Assembly (NCBI GenBank): GCA_050742375.1
Contig: JBOGHY010000059.1
Location: 1-46,133 of the forward strand
DNA from: Acidimicrobiales bacterium
GTDB taxonomy: Bacteria > Actinomycetota > Acidimicrobiia > Acidimicrobiales > Bog-793
Reading direction: 5' to 3'
DNA length: 46,133 nucleotides
The notes under the pieces are model-generated. The model searched no databases. It saw only the letters and a program-made list of their open reading frames with translations, and was not told where the DNA came from. Every line of letters starts with the position of its first letter. The first letter of the stretch is position 1. The position numbers and the translations under genes are program-made. Below are positions 1-8,898 of this stretch, in pieces.

Positions 1-210
1 CTCGTGGGACTCGAGTGTCACTACGCCCGCTACTCGCCTTTCGAGCGGGAGGCCCTCGCCGACCTGGCGCGAAGGCTCGGTCTCGTGGCGACGGGGGGCT
101 CGGACTTCCACGGCTCCTACAAGCCCGGCATCTCGGTCGGGTTCGGGACGGGGGATCTGCGAGTCGAGGACGGCGTGCTCGACGAGCTCAGGGACCGGCT
201 CGGCCGTTAG
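1..210 (+). CDS. PHP-domain phosphoesterase, C-terminal fragment (5' end outside window)
   Basis: The ORF runs in from the window edge. The ...LVATGGSDFHGSYKPG... motif is typical of PHP-family (TrpH/YciV-like) phosphoesterases. Codon bias is GC3-rich. Confidence 0.65.
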   Translation, partial: LVGLECHYARYSPFEREALADLARRLGLVATGGSDFHGSYKPGISVGFGTGDLRVEDGVLDELRDRLGR

Positions 211-222
211 CCGCAGCCGAAG

Positions 223-507
223 GTGGCGCATCGACTCGGGCCAGGGCGCGTGCGGTATGGTTTGCTCGTGCAACCTCGGCGGGTGGTGGCGCTGATCGTC
301 GCGATAATCGGGCTTCTCGCACTTGTCGTCGGCCTGATCTACTTGAACGTCTCGGCCGAGTCTCTGCCGTCGTTCTTTCCGGGACACCTCGTAGGGGTGA
401 GGGCGAAGCACGGCGACCGCGGCGGAGCGGGCATCGCCCTCGGGATCGTTCTCCTCGTCATCGGGGGTTACTTCCTAAGGCAGCGCCGGAGCCCCTACCC
501 GCGCTGA
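223..507 (+). CDS. small membrane protein (two predicted hydrophobic spans), function unknown
   Basis: 94-aa ORF with a GTG start. It has two hydrophobic stretches (VVALIVAIIGLLALVVGLIYL and GIALGIVLLVIGGYF). The start codon is uncertain and no family was recognised. Confidence 0.4.
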   Translation: MAHRLGPGRVRYGLLVQPRRVVALIVAIIGLLALVVGLIYLNVSAESLPSFFPGHLVGVRAKHGDRGGAGIALGIVLLVIGGYFLRQRRSPYPR

Positions 508-535
508 CGAGCTCGGGTAGGGGAGCGGGCTGGCC

Positions 536-1402
536 TCAGTAGCCGGCGAGCATGCCGTAGCGTCGGCCGAGCTCGAGGCTGCGCCCGAAGATCCAAAGCC
601 CGAGGGGTAGGAGAACCGCGCAGAAGGCGAGCAGCAGCAGGATCGCCTGTCCGGTATCCGGGCCGTAGATGCCCGACGCGTGTGGCATGAGCGCCTTGCG
701 CATCCCGGCGATGACATATGTGTTCGGGAAGAACCACGCCAGGACCCTGAGCGGAAGAGGAAATACGTTTAGCGGCACGAACTGGCCGGTGAAGACCATT
801 GCAAGCATCATGTAGATGCTCGCGATGGGGTCCCCTCTTTTCGCCAACACCCGAATTGCTCCTGCCGTCACTCCGATCGCGAGCCCAGTGAGGACGGCCA
901 GGACCGACAGGGCGAGGACTGCCGGGATCTGGCCCGGTACGAACTGTGCCCCGAGGCCGAGCGAGGCGAGAAGTATCACTCCCGCCATGAACGCGCGGTA
1001 GATGCAGGGCCAGGTCCCAAGGGCGAGGGGTATGAGGCGCCAGGACACCGGCTCTATCAGCAGCATCTCGAGGCGTCCCTGCTCGATCGCCCAGTCGAGC
1101 TCCTGGCCGAGGCCGAGCACTCCCGCGGCGCAGAGCTGGGCCGCCGCGAGCCCTATGGCGGCAAAGCTGAGATAGTCGGGGCCGACGGCCGCCGACGAGT
1201 GAATGAGGCGGCCGAGGAAGACGTAGGCGATCACCGACAGGACGACGCTTGCCTGCATGAGGATGAAAGAGAGCGGATAGCTGAAGGTCGCGCGGGCTCC
1301 CATGCGGACAAATGCCCACGTCACCACGACGGCGCGCCGCGAGCGTACGACGATGGCCGGGCGCCGGCGCCTGGTAAACGTCGGAGACAGCGCCGCCGTC
1401 AT
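536..1402 (-). CDS. ABC-2 type transporter permease
   Basis: 288-aa polytopic hydrophobic ORF. Its ATG overlaps the TGA of the upstream ATPase gene (ATGA at 1399-1402), indicating an operon with the ABC ATPase. Confidence 0.8.
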   Translation of the reverse strand: MTAALSPTFTRRRRPAIVVRSRRAVVVTWAFVRMGARATFSYPLSFILMQASVVLSVIAYVFLGRLIHSSAAVGPDYLSFAAIGLAAAQLCAAGVLGLGQELDWAIEQGRLEMLLIEPVSWRLIPLALGTWPCIYRAFMAGVILLASLGLGAQFVPGQIPAVLALSVLAVLTGLAIGVTAGAIRVLAKRGDPIASIYMMLAMVFTGQFVPLNVFPLPLRVLAWFFPNTYVIAGMRKALMPHASGIYGPDTGQAILLLLAFCAVLLPLGLWIFGRSLELGRRYGMLAGY

Positions 1403-2409
1403 CGGAAAGGTCCCTTTGCCGGTCCGCCGGCATGTCGAAGGATTCCGTAGATGACCTCACGCAGGGGCTGGCGGGACTCCTCGACGCCCGTCAAGCCGTC
1501 GAGCACCCCGTCGAGGCGGGCGATCAGCTGCCCGACCGGTAGGTCGCTTCTGGCGGTGAGCTCGTTCGGCGGGAGGGCGACGTCGTCGACAAGGTCGACG
1601 TCCGACAGACGGGAGAGGTGCAGGCGAGCGCGTGCGCTATCGACGGCGCCGATGAACCGGAAGGTGATCGTCCTTTCCTCGGGGCGAGGCAGGTCGTCGA
1701 GCGGGCCGTCGTAGAGGATCCTCCCGGCGTCCATGAGCAGCACCCGGTTCCGGAGCGCCTCGATCTCCTCGAGGCGGTGCGAGCTGATGAGCACCGCCAC
1801 GCCGTCGTTGCTGGCAACCTCCTCGATGTCCTGGAGGAGCTCATAGGCACCTACCGGGTCGACGCTGGCGGTGGGCTCGTCGAGGATCAGCACACGGGGA
1901 CGATGCATGAGCGCTCGCGCCAGTTGGAGGCGTGCGCGCATGCCTGCCGAGAGGGCGAAGCCGACTCGATCCGCCACGTCGCTGAGGCTCACGAGCTCGA
2001 GCACCTGCTTGATCCGCCGCCGGAGCAGGTGGCCGGCGAGGCCGGCGAGCTGCCCGTGGAAGATCAGGTTGTCTCTGCAGGAAAGTCGCAGGTAGAGCGT
2101 CTGGTCCCCCGCCGGAACGAAGCCCACCTGGGCGCGGACCGACTTCGGAGCCCTTTCGACGTCGAAGCCGCAGACCCGGATCGAGCCGGACGTCGGGGTC
2201 GTGAGGCCTGTGATCACCCGGAACAACGTCGACTTGCCCGCCCCGTTCACCCCTACGATGGCGCAGCTCTCACCCGCTTTGACAGTGAGCGAGACCCGGT
2301 CGAGCGCGAGCACGGGCTCCGAGATGGCCGAGCGGAGGAGCACCTTCATCCACCTCGGGGACGGGTAGTAGATCTTGGTGAGATCTTGGACCTCGACCGC
2401 CGTCGGCAC
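1399..2409 (-). CDS. ABC transporter ATP-binding protein (ABC-2/DrrA-like, with a C-terminal extension)
   Basis: Walker A GVNGAGKST, ABC signature LSAGMRARL and Walker B LILDEPT are present. It has a GTG start and about 100 aa of C-terminal extra domain. Confidence 0.9.
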   Translation of the reverse strand: MPTAVEVQDLTKIYYPSPRWMKVLLRSAISEPVLALDRVSLTVKAGESCAIVGVNGAGKSTLFRVITGLTTPTSGSIRVCGFDVERAPKSVRAQVGFVPAGDQTLYLRLSCRDNLIFHGQLAGLAGHLLRRRIKQVLELVSLSDVADRVGFALSAGMRARLQLARALMHRPRVLILDEPTASVDPVGAYELLQDIEEVASNDGVAVLISSHRLEEIEALRNRVLLMDAGRILYDGPLDDLPRPEERTITFRFIGAVDSARARLHLSRLSDVDLVDDVALPPNELTARSDLPVGQLIARLDGVLDGLTGVEESRQPLREVIYGILRHAGGPAKGPFR

Positions 2410-2561
2410 CTCGACATTGTTCCACCCGTACTACCTGTGCTGGAGCGGCGAGCCAGGTGGAGCCGGCCCCGGCCCCGCCCCCGGTGCGGAGCCGGTCCGC
2501 GGCGGCTCGCCCCGATGGAGTCGAGAACCTATCCTCGCGTCCGGTGGGAGGCGCCCGGCTG

Positions 2562-4310
2562 GTGCACGTCACGACCCCCGACATGAGCCTCGTGCTGCTC
2601 CTCGGCCCGCAGCTTCGTGCCTTTTCACGCGCCGGTTACGAGGTGATCGGATGCTCGGCCCCCGGACGCTACGCCGACGAGCTCGAGTCGTGGGGAATTC
2701 GCCACGTGCCGTTGCGGCACTCGACCCGCTCACAAGATCCGGCCGCCGACCTCCTCACTTTTGGCGAGATGGTCAGTGTGTTCCGGCGCCTCGAGCCCGA
2801 CGTCGTGCACACCCACAACCCCAAGCCCGGGATCCTCGGCCGGTTGGCGGCCCGGGCGTGCGGGGTGCCCGTGGTGGTGAACACCGTCCACGGCCTCTAC
2901 GCCCAGCCGGGCGACGGGGCCGGACGGCGCCTGGCGGTGTATGGGGCGGAGCGCCTGGCGTCGTGCTGCTCGGGGGCAGAGCTGGTGCAAAACGTCGAGG
3001 ATCTGGAGGTGCTGAGGCGTCTCGGGGTGCCGGAGCGAAAGCTCACCCTCCTCGGGAACGGGGTCGACCTCGAGCGGTTCTCGCCTCGGGGAGACGACCG
3101 GGCCCGGTCGTCCATCCGCCAGGAGCTCGGGGTCGCCCCGTCCGACGTCGTGGTCGGAGTCGTCGGGCGCCTGGTGTGGGAGAAGGGCTACAGGGAGATC
3201 TTCGAGCTGGCGGCTCGCCTCAAAGGGTGCGAGCCGCCGGTGCGTGTCGTCGTGGTCGGCCCCGAAGATGCCGGGAAGAAGGACGCCGTCGGAAAAGAGG
3301 CGATCCGGGAGGCACGCGCTCACGGCGTCTGTTTTCTCGGCGAGAGGAAAGACATGGAGCGCCTCTACACCGGCTTCGACCTCTACGTGCTTGCCTCCCA
3401 CCGGGAGGGCTTTCCGCGCTCGGCGATGGAGGCGGCCGCCATGGGGCTGCCGGTGGTGGCCACCGACATCCGCGGCTGCCGACAGGTGGTGGAGGATGGC
3501 CGGACCGGGATCCTCGTCCCGCCGCGGGACGCCGCCCGCCTGGCGGCCGCCGTGGGGCGACTCGCGCGCTCGCCGGCGGAACGGGAGACGATGGGGTCGG
3601 CCGGCCGCGAGAAGGCGCTTTTGGAGTTCGACCAGCAACGCGTCATCGATCTGACGCTCGACACCTACGACCGGCTCCTCCGTCGGATAAGCGTGCCCGG
3701 GGGAGCGAGCGCAGGGTTGAACTACCGGCTGGCCAACCACAAAGACGCCGGCGGGCTGGCCGAGCTCCACGCCAGGGAGCTGCCCGGCAGCTTCCTCACG
3801 TCGCTCGGGAGCGGGTTCCTCGAACGCCTGTACGAGACGATCGTCGCCTCGGAGCAGTCGTTCGCCATCGTGGCGGTGGCAACGGACCGACGCCTCGCCG
3901 GCTTCGTCGCCGGCACGGGCGACACGGGCGCCCTCTACCGGCGCTTCCTCGCCCGCAGGGGAGCGATGGCGTCAGCGGCAGCCATCAGCGCGCTCGTGCG
4001 ATCGCCGAGGCAAGCCCTCGAGACTTTGTCCTACGGATCGGGCCGGGGCCGGCCGGCCACCGGAACGCTCCCGCGCGCCGAGCTGCTGTCGCTTGCTGTC
4101 GATCCCGCTTGGCGCCGAAAGGGGGTGGGTCGCGGTCTCGTCCAAGCCTTCCAGGCCGAGATCGGGCGAAGGGGAGCGGCGGCGAGCCGCGTCGTCGTCG
4201 GGTCGGGCAACGTCGCAGCCATCTCCTTGTATCAAGGATGCGGCTTTCGCCCGGTGTCGAGCCTCGAGGTGCACCGAGGCGAACGCTCCGAGGTGCTCGT
4301 GTGGCCCTGA
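2562..4310 (+). CDS. glycosyltransferase family 4 fused to a C-terminal GNAT N-acetyltransferase domain
   Basis: The N-terminal ~380 aa has the GT4 pattern (HVTTPDMSL..., HTHNPKPG, EGFPRSAMEAAAMGLPVVATDIRGCRQVVEDGRTGILVPP). The C-terminal ~200 aa has the GNAT motif A region LSLAVDPAWRRKGVGRGLVQAF. The ORF is open from 2457. GTG 2562 is preferred because GGGAGG lies 11 nt upstream and homologues start near this motif. Confidence 0.8.
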   Translation: MHVTTPDMSLVLLLGPQLRAFSRAGYEVIGCSAPGRYADELESWGIRHVPLRHSTRSQDPAADLLTFGEMVSVFRRLEPDVVHTHNPKPGILGRLAARACGVPVVVNTVHGLYAQPGDGAGRRLAVYGAERLASCCSGAELVQNVEDLEVLRRLGVPERKLTLLGNGVDLERFSPRGDDRARSSIRQELGVAPSDVVVGVVGRLVWEKGYREIFELAARLKGCEPPVRVVVVGPEDAGKKDAVGKEAIREARAHGVCFLGERKDMERLYTGFDLYVLASHREGFPRSAMEAAAMGLPVVATDIRGCRQVVEDGRTGILVPPRDAARLAAAVGRLARSPAERETMGSAGREKALLEFDQQRVIDLTLDTYDRLLRRISVPGGASAGLNYRLANHKDAGGLAELHARELPGSFLTSLGSGFLERLYETIVASEQSFAIVAVATDRRLAGFVAGTGDTGALYRRFLARRGAMASAAAISALVRSPRQALETLSYGSGRGRPATGTLPRAELLSLAVDPAWRRKGVGRGLVQAFQAEIGRRGAAASRVVVGSGNVAAISLYQGCGFRPVSSLEVHRGERSEVLVWP

Positions 4311-5281
4311 CGTGGCTGTGGGCCGGACTCAGCGCCTTCGGCGGGGCGCTGCTCACGGCCCCGCTGTGGATGCGAGTGGCCCGCGCCACGGGACTGCTCG
4401 ACCGGCCCGGTCCGCTGAAGGTCCAACAGGTGGCGGTTCCCTACCTCGGCGGCGCCGCCGTTCTTGCGGGCATCCTCGTAGCGGCGTGGACCCGCGTGCG
4501 CGCAGAGGAGGTGTCGGTCCGGATCCTGGTGCCGCTCGGAATAGCCCTCGCCCTAGGCGTCGCCGACGACGCCTTCAGCCTGCCGGTGGCGGCGCGGGTG
4601 CTCGGCGAGATCGGACTCGGGATCGCGCTCGCATGGGCCGTTCCCACCCGCTTCGGGTCGGCCGCCTGGATACCTATCGTCCTATTGGCGCTCTTGCTCG
4701 TGAACGGGATCAACCTCCTCGACGGCCTCGACGGCCTGGCGGCGGCGGTGTCGGCCGCCGCCGGTGTGGGCTTCGCTCTTTTGCTAGCGGGAAGCGGGCG
4801 GATCGCGGGGGCGAGCCTTGTCGGCGCGGTTGGGGGCTTTCTCTTCTTCAACCGTCCTCCCGCGCGGCTCTACCTCGGTGACGGCGGCTCGTACCTGCTC
4901 GGGGCTGCGCTTGCAGTGCTTACCCTCCTTGCGTGGGGACGGGCTGTCCCCACGGCGACGTCGCTTTCGTGCTTGCTCTTTGTCGCCCTGCCGGTGGCGG
5001 AGATCGCCTGGGCGCTCATCAGGCGCCGGCGCGCTCACCTGCCCCTTCTCGCAGGCGACCGGGGCCACAGCTACGACAGGCTCTCGGGGCGGGGCTGGCG
5101 AACCGAGGTGGTCGTGCTGGCGACGGCAGGCGTCCAGTTGCTTCTCGTCGGGCTCGGTGAGGTCGCCGCTCACCTCGGCGTCGCCGGGGCGGTCGTCATC
5201 TTGGTCCTGGTAGGCGCCCTCGCGATGACAGGAGGGGCGCTCGCAGGCTTCCTAGGGCTGGCCGACGAGGCGGTCCACTGA
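4301..5281 (+). CDS. WecA/MraY-family polyprenyl-phosphate N-acetylhexosamine-1-phosphate transferase
   Basis: This is the C-terminal 326 codons of the 968-aa ORF in the track. Family motifs present are VADDAF, NGINLLDGLDGLAA and FFNRPPARLYLGDGGSYLLG, with about 10 hydrophobic spans. GTG 4301 overlaps the upstream stop by 10 nt. Confidence 0.85.
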   Translation: MALTWLWAGLSAFGGALLTAPLWMRVARATGLLDRPGPLKVQQVAVPYLGGAAVLAGILVAAWTRVRAEEVSVRILVPLGIALALGVADDAFSLPVAARVLGEIGLGIALAWAVPTRFGSAAWIPIVLLALLLVNGINLLDGLDGLAAAVSAAAGVGFALLLAGSGRIAGASLVGAVGGFLFFNRPPARLYLGDGGSYLLGAALAVLTLLAWGRAVPTATSLSCLLFVALPVAEIAWALIRRRRAHLPLLAGDRGHSYDRLSGRGWRTEVVVLATAGVQLLLVGLGEVAAHLGVAGAVVILVLVGALAMTGGALAGFLGLADEAVH

Positions 5282-5368
5282 CCTGCTCCGGCGCCGTCCC
5301 CGGCACGAAAGGAAGGCTTCGACCACCTCGGCCAGCTCCGAGTCGTTCATGGCGGAGCCGCTCGGCAG
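5148..5368. repeat. direct repeat copy 1 (221 bp): the intact 3' end of wecA plus a 38-codon remnant of the degT 3' end
   Basis: By-eye alignment to 8791-8898 plus 10570-10682 gives 214/221 identity. The minus strand of 5252-5368 encodes ...SAMNDSELAEVVEAFLSCRGRRRSRSVDRLVGQP*, identical in kind to the DegT C-terminus. Confidence 0.9.
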
Positions 5369-5556
5369 CGCCAACTGGCTTGTTCTTCGCCGGATACCGA
5401 ACGCCAGTCACTTCAGGGTATGGTGCCACCTCTCGTTCACGTCAGGTGGGACGTCATGGGCTACGGGGGTTCTTGACCGATCCTATTTGCGATTCTACAC
5501 TCGCGCCACTATGTAGGAACTTTTCACACGGGCAGGAGTCAGAACAACGGAGGGTT

Positions 5557-6654
5557 ATGGACGGTCATGGCATCAGGGCGATTGCCTTCTATCTTCCTCA
5601 ATTTCATCCGATTCCACAAAACGATCAATGGTGGGGAGCGGGCTTCACGGAGTGGACGAACGTTGCGAAGGCGCGCCCGCTCTATCCGGGCCATGTCCAA
5701 CCAATATTGCCGTCGACGCTGGGCTTTTACGACCTGCGAGTCCCTGAGGTTCGTGAGAAGCAAGCTGCGCTTGCCCGCGAGGCTGGTTTGGAGGCGTTTT
5801 GCTACTGGCATTACTGGTTCGACGGTGACCAACTGCTGCAACGGCCGTTCGATGAGGTGCTTGCTAGTGGGCAGCCTGACTTTGGCTTCTGCCTTGGGTG
5901 GGCAAACGCTTCTTGGACGGGGGTGTGGTGGGGAGCGCCGGGGCGGCTGCTGATTCGTCAGACTTACTCAGGCACGGAGGACCACATCCGGCACTTCGAG
6001 TCCCTCACGCCTGCCTTCTTCGACCACCGTTACATGACAATCGATGGGAGCCCAGTATTCATCATTTTGAACCCGATGGAGCTGCCGGAACCTGCTCGCA
6101 CGTTGGCTCTATGGCGATGCTGTGCTGAGAAGTCAGGCTTACCAGGGCTATTCGTCATCGGAATCATTGGACAGGACCAGGATCCCCGTTCCGTCCTCGC
6201 CGATGGCTTCGACGGCTACTTGGTTCACCCCTCTTGGCAAGCGGCCGCCCTGCGACGGCTCGCGCTGCCGAAGCGGGCTGTATGCAAGCTGGCGACCGGC
6301 CCACTGGTGGGTCGCTACACGGACTTGACGGCTGTCATGATCGAGATGGCAAGGAACATCAAACCTCGTCAGTTTCCGGTTGTGGTCCCTGGCTGGGACA
6401 ACACGCCCCGAACGGGGAGGCGCGGCATCGTTCTGGCGGGCAAGTCACCAGAGCAGTTCGCAGCGCAAGTCAGAGTGGCAATCGAAGCGTTGATGCATCG
6501 ACGGGAGAGAGAGCGGTTGCTTTTCGTAAAATCGTGGAATGAGTGGGCCGAGGGTAACCACCTCGAGCCTGACAGCAAATGGGGGCACGCGTTCATTCAA
6601 TCTCTTGACGGTACGCTGAGACGATACGGAGAACAATCTCGCGCTCTCGTGTGA
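5557..6654 (+). CDS. WbsX-family glycosyltransferase / GH99-like domain protein
   Basis: The N-terminal motif IRAIAFYLPQFHPIPQNDQWWGAGFTEWTNV is characteristic of the Glyco_tran_WbsX family. ATG 5557 is preceded by GGAGG. GC content is visibly lower than in the flanking genes. Confidence 0.8.
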   Translation: MDGHGIRAIAFYLPQFHPIPQNDQWWGAGFTEWTNVAKARPLYPGHVQPILPSTLGFYDLRVPEVREKQAALAREAGLEAFCYWHYWFDGDQLLQRPFDEVLASGQPDFGFCLGWANASWTGVWWGAPGRLLIRQTYSGTEDHIRHFESLTPAFFDHRYMTIDGSPVFIILNPMELPEPARTLALWRCCAEKSGLPGLFVIGIIGQDQDPRSVLADGFDGYLVHPSWQAAALRRLALPKRAVCKLATGPLVGRYTDLTAVMIEMARNIKPRQFPVVVPGWDNTPRTGRRGIVLAGKSPEQFAAQVRVAIEALMHRRERERLLFVKSWNEWAEGNHLEPDSKWGHAFIQSLDGTLRRYGEQSRALV

Positions 6655-6818
6655 AGTCCTTATCCACTTGATGCGATGCACGAGCGCCTCGTCGCTCGAG
6701 CGTAGGCGGGTCGATAACGACTCGAACGTCGAGTCGAAGTGAGCTGCGGGGCGGTCTGAACGCTCATCGAGATCTCCTCACTGGGGGCCAGCAGATCTCG
6801 GAAAGCCTCAGGGCGTGT

Positions 6819-7440
6819 TGGGGCTCACCCCGTTTTGCGGGCCCGGCTCATCGACGAGCGGCACGGCGCCCCACCAGAGGTCGGCGGTGGGAGGTAGAAC
6901 GACTCGCCACCGGTCCTCTCGGGCAGGTGTGGTGTGCATGGTGCAGCCGCCGCCCGACTGTCGGGGCGGCGAGCGTCTTCGGCATGACCTCGACGGCGAA
7001 CGAGGCAACCCGCCGCCCCGCCTCGACGACCGACGGGTCTAAGGCTGGCGTAAAGGTGCTCGAAGATCGCCGGGATCACTCGACGCCATGTGCTCACGTG
7101 CCGAGCAGGCTCCGAGGTGACCCGCCAGGTCGGTGAGCAGTGCAGATCGGTGGCTTCTGTCGCCGAGGAGTACGGGGTTGCCTGGGACACCGCCTCGTCA
7201 GCCGTCACCCACCACGGCATGCCCGTTGTCTATGACCCGCACCGGGTCGGGCACGTGCGGGCTCTCGGGGTCGACGAGCACTCCTATCGCCGCCACGCGA
7301 TAGCACTCCATCATCCACGCGACCGTCCTCGTCGATCTCGACCGCCGGGTCGTGATCGACCTGTTCGAAGAGAAAGGCGCCATCAAGCTGCGAGGTTGGT
7401 GCGCTGTGCGCTCGAAGAGATGACTGAGGGGCGTGAGGGT
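6819..7440 (+). pseudogene. ISL3-family transposase remnant (N-terminal part only, frameshifted)
   Basis: One frame gives ...CRSVASVAEEYGVAWDTASSAVTHHGMPVVYDPHRVGHVRALGVDEHSY. The next frame gives SIIHATVLVDLDRRVVIDLFEEKGAIKLRGWC followed by a stop. This follows the order of ISL3 HTH and early DDE motifs. A possible terminal repeat GGGGCTCACCCCGTTTTGCGGG lies at about 6819. The boundaries are approximate. Confidence 0.5.
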
Positions 7441-7869
7441 GGTCCGGCCTTCGCCGTGACATGAGCGGCTCAGCTCCCCCCTCTGCAGCTGTGACGAGGC
7501 TGCAGGACTCGCGCCTGGTGGCACTCCCTCCAAAGGGGCTCTTGCCGCCCTGCTCAACCTGCCGCCAGTCGACGACGGACCGGACCGTCTACCGGGCTCT
7601 CCGGCGACGATCCGAACGGGACTCTCACCCGCTGGTTTCATCCAACCTTGCAGGATGCAGTATAGATCAATATATGAGGAAGAGGTACGTGGAACTGGCT
7701 GGCGACCCTATCAGTTCGCAAAGGTCTTCACAGGATTGAGCGGACCTCCGTTAGCAGAGGATGCTCGCGAGCGTCAATACCGTTTCAGTTACGCGCAGCT
7801 GTGGGTCAACAGTTCATATCATCGTGCCCGACACGGAGCGGTCATTGCCTGCACAAAATCACCTCGTTC

Positions 7870-8759
7870 TTAAGATGTCTGAGAAGTTCGATGGTCTTTT
7901 GATGTAGATAAACTTGACTTTCGCCAGTAAACCGCCGAGCCGTCGATTTCGACAATCTGGTCCTCGATAGCATGGGCATTCCGATAGTCCGTGATCGCCA
8001 TCGCGCACCGGTCGATCGAGTGGTAGTCGTCGATAATACAATAGCCGCCGAGAGAGAGCTTTGGGTAGAGCGCCTGGAGGGCTTGGAGAGTTGACCGTAC
8101 AGGTCACCGTCTATACGAAGCAGGGAAAGCTTGTTTATGGGAGCATTTAGTAAGGTCTCCCGAAACCAGCCGATTATGAACTGAACCTGATCGTCCATTA
8201 ATCCATAACGATCGAAGTTGTGGCGGACCTGATTGGCTCCGACGGATAAGATGCCATGTCGCGCAAGGTTCAGGCCACGGTCGGCTGGATACCTGTCGGG
8301 GTCCGACGGAGGCACTCCTTGAAATGAGTCGGCAAGCCAGACCTTACGATCGCTCACCCCGTGGGCCTTGAGGACGCCCCGCATGAAGATCGACATGCCG
8401 CCCCGCCAAACGCCGGCCTCAATGACGTCACCAGGAATGTCGTCGGCCAGGATGCTTTCGATGCAGGAGCGTGCATTCGCCAGGCGCTTCAGTCCCGTCA
8501 TCGTCTCCGCTCTGGCCGGCCAGTCCCGCCCGTTCTCTCGCTTGGCCGGGTCAAATTGGCGTTTGATGACCAGCTCTAGATGTGCCTTGCCCAGCAGAGG
8601 TGCCAGCCGGTGAGCTACCTGTACCCAGTGACTGGTAGGCGCCCATTCGGACCGGACGCCCGCCACCAGGTCGCTGTCCTCGAAGAGCGCACGCGACAAC
8701 GCGCGCGCTAGCAAGTCCAAGTAGAGATCGGCGCCAGCGTCTGACGTTCCCATATTCAC
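7870..8759 (-). pseudogene. TylF/MycF-family (macrocin-type) O-methyltransferase, frameshifted
   Basis: The N-terminal frame reads ...GDVIEAGVWRGGMSIFMRGVL...WLADSFQGVP...LLRIDGDLYG. After about 8090-8094 the family sequence continues in another frame (TLQALQALYPKLSLGGYCIIDDYHSIDRCAMAITDYRNAHAIEDQIVEIDGSAVYWRK) to TAA at 7870-7872. Confidence 0.75.
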
Positions 8760-8790
8760 GATCCTATGTCCAGTGCCAGTTTCTCTTCAT

Positions 8791-8898
8791 TCGGGCTCGG
8801 TGAAGTCGGCGCTCACCTCGGCGTCGCCGGGGCGGTCGTCATCTTGGTCCTGGTAGGCGACCTAGTGATGACAGGAGGGGCGCTCGCAGGCTTCCTAG
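8791..8898. repeat. direct repeat copy 2, left half (remnant of the wecA 3' end), ending in the CTAG target duplication
   Basis: Matches 5148-5255 with 5 mismatches in 108 nt. CTAG at 8895-8898 abuts the IS1380 left inverted repeat. Confidence 0.9.

Noticed and set aside
2375-4300. Upstream ~640 codons of the 968-aa ORF in the six-frame track
   Set aside because: It is out of frame over the well-supported GT4-GNAT gene and has Arg/Pro/Gly-rich low-complexity translation typical of spurious ORFs in high-GC DNA. Only the last 326 codons (the WecA-family gene) carry family motifs.
7655-7873. 72-aa ORF in the lower-GC insert, convergent on the TylF pseudogene
   Set aside because: It has no recognisable motif, no clear ribosome-binding site, and lies in a region of decayed IS sequence. 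This is insufficient support to call it a gene.
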